Assembly: GCA_964495385.1 (NCBI GenBank)
Contig: CAZBVO010000001.1
Span: 2,127-66,126, forward strand
Length of the DNA: 64,000 bases
Reading direction: 5' to 3'
DNA from: an uncultured Faecalibacterium sp.
Lineage (GTDB): Bacteria; Bacillota; Clostridia; Christensenellales; CAG-917
Shown: piece by piece, positions 1 through 8,341 of the stretch
Layout of the letters: the number at the start of each line of letters is the position of its first letter
How positions within the stretch are numbered: position 1 is the stretch's first letter
Notes under the pieces: generated by a model
Database searches by the model: none
What the model saw: the letters and a program-made list of their open reading frames with translations, nothing else
What the model was told of the DNA's origin: nothing
Made by a program: the position numbers and the translations under genes

Positions 1-287
1 TTTGCACGGCGAACGCGACCGCGTCTGACGATTTCGATCCTGTCGATTTTCGGGCTGTTAAGCGGGAAAGTCCTTTCTACGCCGATGCCGTAGCAGATAC
101 GACGAACGGTGAAAGTTTCACGAATGCCGCCGTTCTTTCTTGCGATGACGGTGCCTTCGTAAGCTTGAAGACGTTCCTTGTTGCCTTCAACGACTTTTAC
201 GAAAACCTTTACGGTGTCGCCTACGTTGAACTTAGGCAGGTCCTTGCGAATACCTTCGCTTTCAATTAAATCGATAATGTTGCTCAT
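1..287 (-). CDS. rplS: 50S ribosomal protein L19 (C-terminal end runs off the window edge)
   Basis: Minus-strand translation from the ATG at 285-287 reads [64 protein letters not shown]..., a canonical L19 N-terminus. It is absent from the ORF track because the frame stays open to position 1. Confidence 0.9.
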   Translation of the reverse strand, partial: MSNIIDLIESEGIRKDLPKFNVGDTVKVFVKVVEGNKERLQAYEGTVIARKNGGIRETFTVRRICYGIGVERTFPLNSPKIDRIEIVRRGRVRRA

Positions 288-361
288 TTGACTTTACCTC
301 CAAAATTTACTAAGCGTTCATGCCCTGTCGGCAGAGGACCGCCCGAAGTCATAATGCAGAT

Positions 362-390
362 ATTTTAGCATAAAATATAAAAACCGACAA
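362..390 (-). promoter_or_regulatory. candidate sigma-A promoter for rplS (TTGTCG-17-TAAAAT with TG extension)
   Basis: Complement of 362-370 is TGCTAAAAT (extended -10). TTGTCG lies 17 nt upstream (385-390). The leader to the rplS ATG is about 75 nt. This is a motif reading only. Confidence 0.35.
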
Positions 391-410
391 GCGTTTTGAC
401 GGGCTGTCGG
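372..410 (-). terminator. rho-independent terminator after yraN
   Basis: Stem CCGACA (384-389) / TGTCGG (405-410), followed on the minus strand by TTTTTATATTTT (372-383). It sits directly after the yraN stop. Confidence 0.6.
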
Positions 411-431
411 CAAAAAAATAAATTTTTTTTA

Positions 432-770
432 TCAAAAAGCATTGGCAACGTACTCTATCTCGTCGCCTATCACCGCTACGGCATCGAAACGCAGGTCTCT
501 GCCGAACAAACGGTGCCGCATAACGTACTCCTCCGCCATGCGCCTGTACTTGTATTGTTTGCGCTCGTCGATGGCCTCGAACGGATGCCCGAAACGCAAA
601 CTGCTTCTCGTTTTGACTTCGACAAAAACCAGAACGTTGCCGTCGGTGCAAATTACGTCTATTTCGCCCATAGTCATCCTGACGTTTTGCGCAACGATTT
701 TAAATCCCTTTTTTTTTAGGAACTCGACGGCCAGTTCTTCGCCGCTTATTCCCTCTTTTCTCGACGACAT
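432..770 (-). CDS. yraN: YraN/UPF0102 family endonuclease-like protein
   Basis: 112-aa ORF with the GEIDVI...VFVEVKTR core typical of YraN. It lies immediately downstream of rnhB, as in many Firmicutes. Confidence 0.85.
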   Translation of the reverse strand: MSSRKEGISGEELAVEFLKKKGFKIVAQNVRMTMGEIDVICTDGNVLVFVEVKTRSSLRFGHPFEAIDERKQYKYRRMAEEYVMRHRLFGRDLRFDAVAVIGDEIEYVANAF

Positions 771-1394
771 TCAATCCTCCGAAACAAAGTTTTTTATAAA
801 AGTTTTGCGATGAATCGGCGTCGGGCCGAACTCCTTAACGGCGGCAATGTGTTTAGCACTGCCGTAGCCCTTGTTGGACGCAAAGCCGTACTCGGGAAAA
901 ACTTTGTCGTATTCGACCATAAGTCTGTCTCGGTGAACTTTTGCCAAAATGGATGCCGCACCTATCGAATAGCTTAATGCGTCTCCGTGAATTATCGAGT
1001 GCGTCGGGTAAGGAAGTTGCAAATCTACGGCGTCTATCAAAACGACGTCGGGTTTTACGCTCAAACCGCAAACCGCCTGTTTCATTGCCTCTTTTGTGGC
1101 GTTTAAAATGTTTATTTCGTCAATAACCCCGTTGTCAAGGCTTACGATGTTGTAACAAACGGCGGCCTCGCGAATTTTGTCGAACAAGGCTTCGCGACGT
1201 TTTTCGGTAAGCTTTTTGCTGTCGTTTACGCCTTCAACCAAATTGTCCAAATCCATGATTACCGCACACACCGTAACCGGGCCTGCCAACGGGCCGCGCC
1301 CCACTTCGTCGACGCCGCAAACGTAGCGGTACCCCTTTTGCCTGTAAAAATTTTCGTAGGTCAACAGGGTTTGTATATCGGTTTGTTGTTTCAT
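771..1394 (-). CDS. rnhB: ribonuclease HII
   Basis: 207-aa ORF with GVDEVGRGPLAGPV and DSKKL motifs of RNase HII. It is adjacent to ylqF/rbgA. Confidence 0.93.
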   Translation of the reverse strand: MKQQTDIQTLLTYENFYRQKGYRYVCGVDEVGRGPLAGPVTVCAVIMDLDNLVEGVNDSKKLTEKRREALFDKIREAAVCYNIVSLDNGVIDEINILNATKEAMKQAVCGLSVKPDVVLIDAVDLQLPYPTHSIIHGDALSYSIGAASILAKVHRDRLMVEYDKVFPEYGFASNKGYGSAKHIAAVKEFGPTPIHRKTFIKNFVSED

Positions 1395-2248
1395 TTCTTT
1401 TCTCCGACGGGGTATTCCAAAATAATTTTTCCGAGCCGCTGTTTCCTGAAATCGTCCAGCACAGCCGCAGCAGTACGGTCGTAGTCGGTTTCGCCGCCTC
1501 TTACGACGTATCCCCTCGCCCTTGCTATCTGTTCGTAAATCTCAAGTGGCGTTTGGGCCAAAGCGTCCAATTTGTAACGCTCGACCAAATTTTCGGGATA
1601 GTGTTTTTGCATAAATTCCAAAAAGAACAGGCATATTTCGTTTTTGTCGACAACGTCGTCCTTGATGCTGCCGATGTAAACGAGGTGCTTTGCAAGCTCC
1701 TGATCCTCGAAACTCGGCCACAGAGTGCCCGGAGTGTCCAAAAGATCGATGCCCTTCGACACCGAAACCCATTGTTGCCCTTTGGTTACGCCCGGTCTGT
1801 CGCCCGTTACGGTTTTTTTGCCGCTGCAAAGGCTGTTTATGAGCGTGGATTTGCCACCGTTCGGTATGCCCAAAACCATGGCTCGGATGCTTGTGTTGAC
1901 GCCCTTATTCAAGTAGTTTTGAATTTTTGCCGAACACAGTTCCTTTATTTTTGAAATTATAAGTCCGCTTTCCTTTCCTGCCGCGCTGTTGGCCTTTACG
2001 TAGGTTTTACCCTGTGCGTCGAAAAAGTCGCACCACGGTTTGAGCATACCCGGCTCCACCGTGTCGGCCTTGTTGAAAACGTACAAAACGGGCTTGTTTT
2101 TTATTATCGAATCGAACTTCGGATTTATGCAGGCGTTTATGGCTCTGCTGTCCAAAACGTATATGACGACGTCGCACTTTTTAACGTTGGCTTCCATTTC
2201 GCGAGTCGCCTTGGTCATATGCCCCGGATACCACTGAATAATGGCCAT
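1391..2248 (-). CDS. rbgA: ribosome biogenesis GTPase A (YlqF/RbgA)
   Basis: Circularly permuted GTPase: NKADT (G4) precedes GIPNGGKST (G1). The start is set at the internal MAIIQWYPGHM, whose ATG overlaps the trmD stop (ATGA at 2246-2250). The longer track ORF (to 2317) would overlap trmD. Confidence 0.9.
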   Translation of the reverse strand: MAIIQWYPGHMTKATREMEANVKKCDVVIYVLDSRAINACINPKFDSIIKNKPVLYVFNKADTVEPGMLKPWCDFFDAQGKTYVKANSAAGKESGLIISKIKELCSAKIQNYLNKGVNTSIRAMVLGIPNGGKSTLINSLCSGKKTVTGDRPGVTKGQQWVSVSKGIDLLDTPGTLWPSFEDQELAKHLVYIGSIKDDVVDKNEICLFFLEFMQKHYPENLVERYKLDALAQTPLEIYEQIARARGYVVRGGETDYDRTAAAVLDDFRKQRLGKIILEYPVGEKK

Positions 2249-2928
2249 CACTCGCCCTCCTTCAACAAATCGGGCCTGCGTTCGCGCGTTATTTCCAAAG
2301 CTTTTTGCATGCGCCACTCGTCAACCAAGCGGTGATTTCCGCTGACAAGCACGTCCGGCACTTCGATCCCCATATAATTTTGCGGCCTCGTGTACTGCGG
2401 ATATTCCAACAAACCCGCGCTGAAACTTTCCTCTTCGGTGGATTGTTCGCTGCCAAGCACCTGCGGAACGTATCTTACAACCGCATTCAACGTAACCAAT
2501 GCCGCCAAATCGCCGCTGGTCAAAACGTAGTCGCCGATTGAAAGTTCCTCGTCGATATCCATGTCGATTACGCGCTGATCCACGCCTTCGTAGCTGCCGC
2601 ACAAAAACAGCAGATTTTGTTTTTTAGAAAGTTCAACCACTTTCTTCTGAGTCAAAACCTGTCCGCGCGGAGACATATAAATTCGCGTGCATTTATGCTC
2701 GGGATCGACCGCCGAAATTGCCTTGTGTATCGGATCGGGAGTCATAACCATGCCTGCGCCGCCTCCGAAAGGATAATCGTCGCAACGTTTGTGTTTGTCT
2801 TCGCTGTAATCGCGGATGTTTACCACTTCCACGCCAAAAAGACCGCGCTCGACGGCCTTTCCGACAATACCGCTGTGAAGCACGGAATAAACTTCCGGAA
2901 ACAAGGTGAGAATTTTAAAATCAATCAT
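2248..2928 (-). CDS. trmD: tRNA (guanine37-N1)-methyltransferase
   Basis: 226-aa ORF starting MIDFKILTLFPE..., with YDDYPFGGGAGMVM and GRYEGVDQRV-like (GSYEGVDQRV) motifs. It sits in the rimM-trmD order. Confidence 0.95.
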   Translation of the reverse strand: MIDFKILTLFPEVYSVLHSGIVGKAVERGLFGVEVVNIRDYSEDKHKRCDDYPFGGGAGMVMTPDPIHKAISAVDPEHKCTRIYMSPRGQVLTQKKVVELSKKQNLLFLCGSYEGVDQRVIDMDIDEELSIGDYVLTSGDLAALVTLNAVVRYVPQVLGSEQSTEEESFSAGLLEYPQYTRPQNYMGIEVPDVLVSGNHRLVDEWRMQKALEITRERRPDLLKEGE

Positions 2929-3421
2929 ATACGGCCAGACGCTCGAACGCCGCTGAATTTAAGGTTATTTTTTTGTTTTCGACGTCGACGTTTTCAAGTA
3001 TGCCTTCGGCCGACGGAAACATTATTTTGCCGTCGTCTAAAACGTAAACGTCAACCGGCGCATTTTGATTTACGTCGGTGACTTTGCCGATTCGCTTGCC
3101 GTCCAAAAACACCTCGCAACCTATCACGTCAACGATGAAGTAACGCCCTTTCGGAAGTTTAACCGCTTCCGCTCGAGGCACGCTTATCACCTGTCCTGCA
3201 AGTGTTTCGGCGTCGTTTCGGGTGGCGCATTCGACAAATTTGATGTAAATAAAACGATCGTCAAAACGCAAAAAATCGATGTTCAAAGGTCTGTTTTGAC
3301 CTATAAACACCGTTTTAAGCTTTTTGAAACGTTGCGCATCATCGGTCAGGGGTTCGACTTTAACTTCGCCCCTGATGCCCTGCGCCTTCAATATTTTTCC
3401 AACCGCAATAAAGTCAGTCAT
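2921..3421 (-). CDS. rimM: 16S rRNA processing protein RimM
   Basis: 166-aa ORF with the GKILKAQGIRGEVKV N-terminal motif and a PRC-barrel-like C-terminus. It lies between the KH protein gene and trmD. Confidence 0.9.
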   Translation of the reverse strand: MTDFIAVGKILKAQGIRGEVKVEPLTDDAQRFKKLKTVFIGQNRPLNIDFLRFDDRFIYIKFVECATRNDAETLAGQVISVPRAEAVKLPKGRYFIVDVIGCEVFLDGKRIGKVTDVNQNAPVDVYVLDDGKIMFPSAEGILENVDVENKKITLNSAAFERLAVYD

Positions 3422-3654
3422 TACTTTTCGTTGATGGTGACGACGTAACGTTTGCCGGTTTTGTTTCCGCCTGCTTTTACCAGCGTGCGGATTGCCTTTG
3501 CAATGCGTCCCTGCTTGCCGATAATCTTACCGATGTCGCTTTTCGGCGCGGTGATGATTATTTCGGAATTGTTGTCGTTTTCGATAAGTTCTACGTCGAT
3601 GTTTTCCGCGTCGTCAGCAAGGTTTGCTACTATAAACTGAACCAAATCCTGCAT
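3421..3654 (-). CDS. KH-domain RNA-binding protein (UPF0109/YlqC family)
   Basis: 77-aa ORF with the GKIIGKQGRIAKAIRTL KH motif. It occupies the conserved position between rpsP and rimM. Confidence 0.88.
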   Translation of the reverse strand: MQDLVQFIVANLADDAENIDVELIENDNNSEIIITAPKSDIGKIIGKQGRIAKAIRTLVKAGGNKTGKRYVVTINEK

Positions 3655-3669
3655 GCTGAACCTGCCAAA

Positions 3670-3921
3670 CTATTTGCTTTCGATAACGCCTGCGCTCTTG
3701 AGCAAAGAACGAACGGTTTCGGTAGGTTGTGCACCGTTTGCAATCCATTTTTTTGCAACTTCGGTGTCGATTTTGACAACTGCCGGTTCTTTGGTCGGAT
3801 CATAGTAACCGATTTGTTCGATATACTGTCCGTCGCGTGCTTTTCTGCCGTCCATAACAACGATACGATAGAAAGGTGCTTTCTTTGCGCCCATACGAGT
3901 GAGTCTGAGTTTAACTGCCAT
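3670..3921 (-). CDS. rpsP: 30S ribosomal protein S16
   Basis: 83-aa ORF starting [22 protein letters not shown], a canonical S16 N-terminus. Confidence 0.95.
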   Translation of the reverse strand: MAVKLRLTRMGAKKAPFYRIVVMDGRKARDGQYIEQIGYYDPTKEPAVVKIDTEVAKKWIANGAQPTETVRSLLKSAGVIESK

Positions 3922-3991
3922 TTTTTTCTCCTTTTATCGGCCCTAAGGCCCGTTAGTGTATTTTATATTTTTCAACCTAAGGTTGATTTTG

Positions 3992-5320
3992 CTATTTCAT
4001 CCCCGGGAATCCGCCGCGCATGAAACGTTTTGCGCCCGAACCCGTCATTTGTTTCATCATTTCTTTGGAGGCCTCGAACTGCTTAAGCATTTGATTTACC
4101 TCCTGAATCGAAGTGCCGCTGCCGGCCGCGATTCTCTTGCGTTGCGATGCTTTCAAAATTTCCGGATGCGACCTTTCGTAAGGCGTCATCGACTGAATTA
4201 TCGCCTTTGTACGGGTGATTTTGGATTCGTCGATGTCGGCGTTGGCAAGCTTGCCCATGCCCGGAATCATTTTGAGCATATCTTTTATGCCGCCCATTTT
4301 CTTGACGCTGTCAAGCTGGTTCAAATAATCTTGCAAAGTGAAGGATTTTTCCTTCATTTTTTTGGTGAGAGCCAAGGCCTCCTCTTCCGAAAAAGCGTTT
4401 TGCGCCTTCTCGATGAGCGTCAGAACGTCGCCCATGCCGAGGATTCGGCTTGCCATGCGGTCGGGATAAAACGGTTCGATGTCCTCGGGTTTTTCGCCTA
4501 TGCCGCAAAACTTGATAGGTTTGCCGGTAACCGCTTTTATCGAAAGCGCCGCACCGCCACGGGTGTCGCCGTCGAGTTTGGTCAAAATAACGCCCGTTAC
4601 GTCAAGTTTTTTGTTGAAAGTTTCGGCAACGTTTACGGCATCTTGGCCGGTCATGCTGTCAACTACAAGCAAAATTTCCTGCGGGGAAACGGCTTGTTTT
4701 ACCCTTTGAAGTTCCTCCATCAACTGTTCGTCGATGTGCAAACGGCCCGCCGTGTCGATAATCAACGTGTCGGCACCCGTTTTTTGCGCCTCTTCTACGG
4801 CCGATTTTGCAATTTTTACGGGATCGATCTGCCCCATCGCAAACACCGGCGTTTTGACTTTTTCCCCGACAACCTGAAGCTGTTTTATGGCCGCAGGACG
4901 GTAGATGTCGCAGGCTGCGAGAAGAACTTTTTTGTTTTGCTTTTTAAGATGCAGCGCCAGTTTGCCGCACATCGTGGTTTTGCCTGCGCCCTGCAGACCG
5001 CACATCATGATGATTGTAGGCGGCTTGGACGACACCGAAAGCTTGGCATTGGTGCTGCCCATAAGGGCAATAAGCTCCTCATTGACGATTTTTATGATTT
5101 GTTGCGCAGGATTCAAACCTTTCAAAATGTCTTCACCGACCGCTTTGTCGGAAACCTTTTGGCAAAAATCCTTTGCTACGGCATAGTTTACGTCGGCCTC
5201 CAAAAGCGCAACCCTGATTTCACGCATGGTTTGCTTGATTTCAAGCTCGGTAACTTTGCCCTTATTTTTCAGTTTGGAAAAAATGTGGTTGATTTTGTCG
5301 CTTAAACTGTCAAATGCCAT
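3992..5320 (-). CDS. ffh: signal recognition particle protein Ffh
   Basis: 442-aa ORF with GLQGAGKTT (G1), DTAGR, TKLDGD and a Met-rich C-terminal M domain. Confidence 0.96.
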   Translation of the reverse strand: MAFDSLSDKINHIFSKLKNKGKVTELEIKQTMREIRVALLEADVNYAVAKDFCQKVSDKAVGEDILKGLNPAQQIIKIVNEELIALMGSTNAKLSVSSKPPTIIMMCGLQGAGKTTMCGKLALHLKKQNKKVLLAACDIYRPAAIKQLQVVGEKVKTPVFAMGQIDPVKIAKSAVEEAQKTGADTLIIDTAGRLHIDEQLMEELQRVKQAVSPQEILLVVDSMTGQDAVNVAETFNKKLDVTGVILTKLDGDTRGGAALSIKAVTGKPIKFCGIGEKPEDIEPFYPDRMASRILGMGDVLTLIEKAQNAFSEEEALALTKKMKEKSFTLQDYLNQLDSVKKMGGIKDMLKMIPGMGKLANADIDESKITRTKAIIQSMTPYERSHPEILKASQRKRIAAGSGTSIQEVNQMLKQFEASKEMMKQMTGSGAKRFMRGGFPGMK

Positions 5321-5321
5321 A

Positions 5322-5642
5322 TTATTCCTCCTCTACAAGTGCGGCCAAAAGCGATTCCGCACCTCTGCTGTCGCCTTCGCGCAAAAGCGAAAGACACTTT
5401 GTTAGCTTGGCTTTTTTTTCAACAAAGCCGAGTTTGCCCTCGAATTCGTTAAGCGAGCGCTCGCCTCTTACGATAGCGTCCCTAACGGCCTGACGGGAAA
5501 TCCCGTACTGTTCGGCAATTTCGTTTAAAGAAACGTCACAATCGTAATAAAGCTCCAAAAACTCCTTTTGCTTGTCAGTCAAAAGTTCGCCGTAAGCGGC
5601 GTTCAAATCGGAATAATTCAGATTTTTTTGAAATTCGATCAT
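5322..5642 (-). CDS. ylxM: YlxM/UPF0122 putative helix-turn-helix protein
   Basis: 106-aa ORF with LTDKQKEFLELYY...SLNEIAEQYGISRQAV (sigma-70 region-4-like HTH). It sits directly upstream of ffh. Confidence 0.88.
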   Translation of the reverse strand: MIEFQKNLNYSDLNAAYGELLTDKQKEFLELYYDCDVSLNEIAEQYGISRQAVRDAIVRGERSLNEFEGKLGFVEKKAKLTKCLSLLREGDSRGAESLLAALVEEE

Positions 5643-5678
5643 GACTTCCTCGGTGTAAAGGCCTCAACCTTTACAGAC

Positions 5679-5707
5679 ATCTTACATTTTTTTATCGTCT
5701 CTGTCAA
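5679..5707 (-). promoter_or_regulatory. candidate sigma-A promoter for ylxM-ffh (TTGACA-17-TAAGAT)
   Basis: Complement of 5702-5707 is TTGACA. After a 17-nt spacer, the complement of 5679-5684 is TAAGAT, ~35 nt upstream of the ylxM ATG. Confidence 0.5.
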
Positions 5708-5821
5708 GCAAAATTCAAGCACGCGGCAAACTTTTTTAATAAAAAAACAATAAAAACAGGCGCCCGAACAAGTTTTGGCCGCAAAAAAGAATTCGGCAGA
5801 GGGACAAATCGGTTTTTCGGC

Positions 5822-5850
5822 AAAAAAACACGGCCGCAAAAATGCGACCG
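5822..5850 (-). terminator. rho-independent terminator after the 19-codon mini-ORF
   Basis: Minus strand reads CGGTCGCA-tttt-TGCGGCCG, followed by TGTTTTTTT (5822-5830). It begins 7 nt after the mini-ORF stop. Confidence 0.6.
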
Positions 5851-5857
5851 TGAACAG

Positions 5858-5917
5858 TTAGGCCATTTTAACTAAGGCAACCAATGCAAACGAGGCAACC
5901 AAAAATATGAACAACAT
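5858..5917 (-). CDS. 19-aa hydrophobic peptide MLFIFLVASFALVALVKMA (unannotated mini-gene)
   Basis: ATG at 5915-5917 is preceded by GGAGGG with a 6-nt spacer. There are 19 hydrophobic codons and a TAA at 5858-5860. The ORF is flanked by its own promoter and terminator and is too short for the ORF track. Confidence 0.5.
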   Translation of the reverse strand: MLFIFLVASFALVALVKMA

Positions 5918-5934
5918 TTTTTACCCTCCGTTTT

Positions 5935-5963
5935 ATGATATTTGCGTTTGACGGTTTTGTCAA
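5935..5963 (-). promoter_or_regulatory. candidate sigma-A promoter for the mini-ORF (TTGACA-17-TATCAT)
   Basis: Complement of 5958-5963 is TTGACA. After a 17-nt spacer, the complement of 5935-5940 is TATCAT, ~18 nt upstream of the mini-ORF ATG. Confidence 0.5.
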
Positions 5964-5990
5964 AAATTCAGTCTTTTGTGTCAAAAATCA

Positions 5991-7421
5991 CTATATGTTT
6001 TTGCCGTTTTTGCGGATAAGCTCCATTTTGAGGTCGTAAAGTTTGTCCGAAAGGTCAACTTTGTACTCTGCCGGATAAAGCATGCGCTTGTATTCCTCGT
6101 GGAATTCGGCCATGCTTGCGTCCTCGTGACGGCCTATTTCGTGCAAGTTTGGAAGCTTATAAACCTGCTCGCCGTTTTTGAAAACGGTTATGCGCAAATC
6201 CTTTGCAGTGAAGTTTTCGAGAGTTTTTGAAATCCAATGCTTTTCGGGATGATAGATGGTGAGCGGTTTGGTGTCGTCGATAACTTCGTCCTCGAGTGCG
6301 ATAAGGTCGGCTTCGGCCATACCGTCCTTGTTGTAAAGCCTTACAACCTTTTTGAGGCCCGGGTTGGTCATTTTGACTTTGCTGTCGGACATTTTCATTT
6401 TCGGAACCAATTGTCCGTCGTCACCCTCGATTGCGGCAAGTTTGTAAACGCCGCCGAGACTCGGGCAACGGTAACTTGTTATAAGCCTTGTTCCTATGCC
6501 GTAAATGTCGATTTTCGCACCTTGAATTTGCAAGCTGAGCAAAACGTCTTCGTCGATGTCGCCGGAAGCGAAAATTTTGCAATCGGAATGGCCTGCCGCA
6601 TCCAGCATTTTTCTTGCCTGCTTACTTAAGTAAGCAAGGTCGCCGCTGTCAAGGCGGATTCCCGTAGGTTTGTAGCCTTTTGCTTTAAGTTCGTCAAACA
6701 CCTTGATTGCGTTTGGAACGCCGCTTTTTAGAGTGTCGTAGGTGTCGACAAGCAGCAAGCAATTGTCAGGATAAAGTTCGGCATACGCCCTGAATGCGGA
6801 CAGTTCGTCCGGGAAACTCATTACCCAAGCATGTGCGTGAGTGCCTTTAACCGCTATGTCGAACATTTGCCCGGCCAACACGTTGCTGGTGCTTCTGCAA
6901 CCGCCGATATAAGCCGCTCTTGCGCCGTAAATGCCTGCATCCGGGCCTTGCGCACGGCGCAGACCGAATTCCAATATGGTGGAATCCGTGGCGTTTGAAA
7001 GCCTACCGGCCTTAGTCGCTATAAGCGTCTGATGATTGAGGATGCACAAAATGGCAGTCTCTATAAGCTGTGCCTGAAACAGCGGAGCTTTGACCGTCAG
7101 CAACGGCTCGAACGGGAACATCACCGTACCTTCCGGAACGGAATAGACGTCGCCGGTGAACTTAAAGTTTTTAAGCGCAAGCAAAAACTCCTCGTCAAAG
7201 CAGTTCAAACCTCTTAAATATTCGATATCCTCGTCGTCGAAATGCAAATTGTTGATATATTCGACCACCTGCTCCAAACCGGCCGTAACGACGTAGCTGA
7301 GTTGCTCGCCGCCGCGATAAAACACGTCGAACACCGACTGTTTGTCGGCCGTACCGCATTTAAGATAGCCGTTCATCATGGTGAGTTGATAAAAATCGGT
7401 AAGTAAAGTTAAGTTTCTCAT
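5991..7421 (-). CDS. pncB: nicotinate phosphoribosyltransferase
   Basis: 476-aa ORF starting LLTDFYQLTMMNGY, a typical NAPRTase N-terminus, with a GTRL...GGVYK core. Its start overlaps the lgt stop. Confidence 0.9.
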   Translation of the reverse strand: MRNLTLLTDFYQLTMMNGYLKCGTADKQSVFDVFYRGGEQLSYVVTAGLEQVVEYINNLHFDDEDIEYLRGLNCFDEEFLLALKNFKFTGDVYSVPEGTVMFPFEPLLTVKAPLFQAQLIETAILCILNHQTLIATKAGRLSNATDSTILEFGLRRAQGPDAGIYGARAAYIGGCRSTSNVLAGQMFDIAVKGTHAHAWVMSFPDELSAFRAYAELYPDNCLLLVDTYDTLKSGVPNAIKVFDELKAKGYKPTGIRLDSGDLAYLSKQARKMLDAAGHSDCKIFASGDIDEDVLLSLQIQGAKIDIYGIGTRLITSYRCPSLGGVYKLAAIEGDDGQLVPKMKMSDSKVKMTNPGLKKVVRLYNKDGMAEADLIALEDEVIDDTKPLTIYHPEKHWISKTLENFTAKDLRITVFKNGEQVYKLPNLHEIGRHEDASMAEFHEEYKRMLYPAEYKVDLSDKLYDLKMELIRKNGKNI

Positions 7422-8341
7422 ATTTTTTTGCCCTCTACGGCTTTTGCTTCGGCAAGGGCAACCTCCTCTTGTATTTGAGTGCGTTTAATTTGCAAAATTC
7501 CGTGACGGTAGTGCAACACTCCGCCGACTATGCCTATGACCACGCAAAGCAACATTGCCATCTGCGTAACGCCGACGCCGCTTTCCGTAACCACCGCATC
7601 CATACGGATAAATTCCATAAAGAACCGTTTGGTGCAATACCAGACAAGATACATAAAAACCGACATTCCGCTGACCTTGCTCTTTCGCGTCAACAGGTAG
7701 ATGACAACCGCACCGATAAGGTTTATGACAAAAGCGTAAAAGAAGGTGGCAAGGTGCCATTCGCCCAGCGCGTCGATGTAAACGGCAAACGGGAACCATT
7801 GCCATTTCGCATTCGTCACCAACGAGCCGTAGGCCTCCTGATTCATGTAGTTGCCCCAACGGCCTATAGCCTGACACATCAACAGCACAGGCACGCATAT
7901 ATCGGCCAAAACGCCGAATTTGTATTTATATTTGCGACAGAAAAGCCAGCCGCCCAACAGACCGCCCATAACGCCGCCTACAATGGTGATGCCGCCTTCC
8001 CAAATCGCAAACAGATGTATCAAACTGTTTTCGGGAGTCGAACTGCCGATGCCGCCACGCTTTATCCACTCGGAAATTCCGAAAGATTTTATCGGAAAAT
8101 ACTCCGGCCTGACCGCAACGTAAACCACACGGGCCATAATCACGGCAAGCGGAATAATGTACAAAAACAGCGTTATCATGTCGTCGGAACAAACGCCCCG
8201 TTCCTTGCCTATGAGAATCATACAAACAAGGCCCAAAATCATTGCGGACGTGAGAATAAGTCCGTACCATTGAACTTCGATTTTACCTATGGTAAACGCC
8301 GTGTTGTTCGGCGCCGAAATAAGATAACTTAAAACGCTCAT
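7418..8341 (-). CDS. lgt: prolipoprotein diacylglyceryl transferase
   Basis: 307-aa polytopic membrane ORF with the GRWGNYMNQEAYG signature of Lgt. Its start overlaps the galK stop (ATGA). Confidence 0.92.
   Translation of the reverse strand: MSVLSYLISAPNNTAFTIGKIEVQWYGLILTSAMILGLVCMILIGKERGVCSDDMITLFLYIIPLAVIMARVVYVAVRPEYFPIKSFGISEWIKRGGIGSSTPENSLIHLFAIWEGGITIVGGVMGGLLGGWLFCRKYKYKFGVLADICVPVLLMCQAIGRWGNYMNQEAYGSLVTNAKWQWFPFAVYIDALGEWHLATFFYAFVINLIGAVVIYLLTRKSKVSGMSVFMYLVWYCTKRFFMEFIRMDAVVTESGVGVTQMAMLLCVVIGIVGGVLHYRHGILQIKRTQIQEEVALAEAKAVEGKKI

Noticed and set aside
288-361. A possible L19 leader (ribosomal-protein autoregulatory RNA) upstream of rplS.
   Set aside because: I could not fold a convincing conserved stem by eye or recall the family consensus well enough. 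A covariance-model search (Rfam L19_leader) would decide.
3956-5305. Very long antisense ORFs opposite real genes. Examples: 3956-5305 opposite ffh, 11442-13775 opposite lacZ, 20879-23176 opposite ppdK, 55905-57977 opposite ileS, 59310-61061 opposite gpmI, and 62247-63620 opposite pgk.
   Set aside because: Their translations are low-complexity (F/V/R/H-rich), they lack RBSs, and each exactly shadows a well-supported gene. They are explained by the rarity of TTA/CTA/TCA codons in the sense genes, which removes stop codons from the matching antisense frame.
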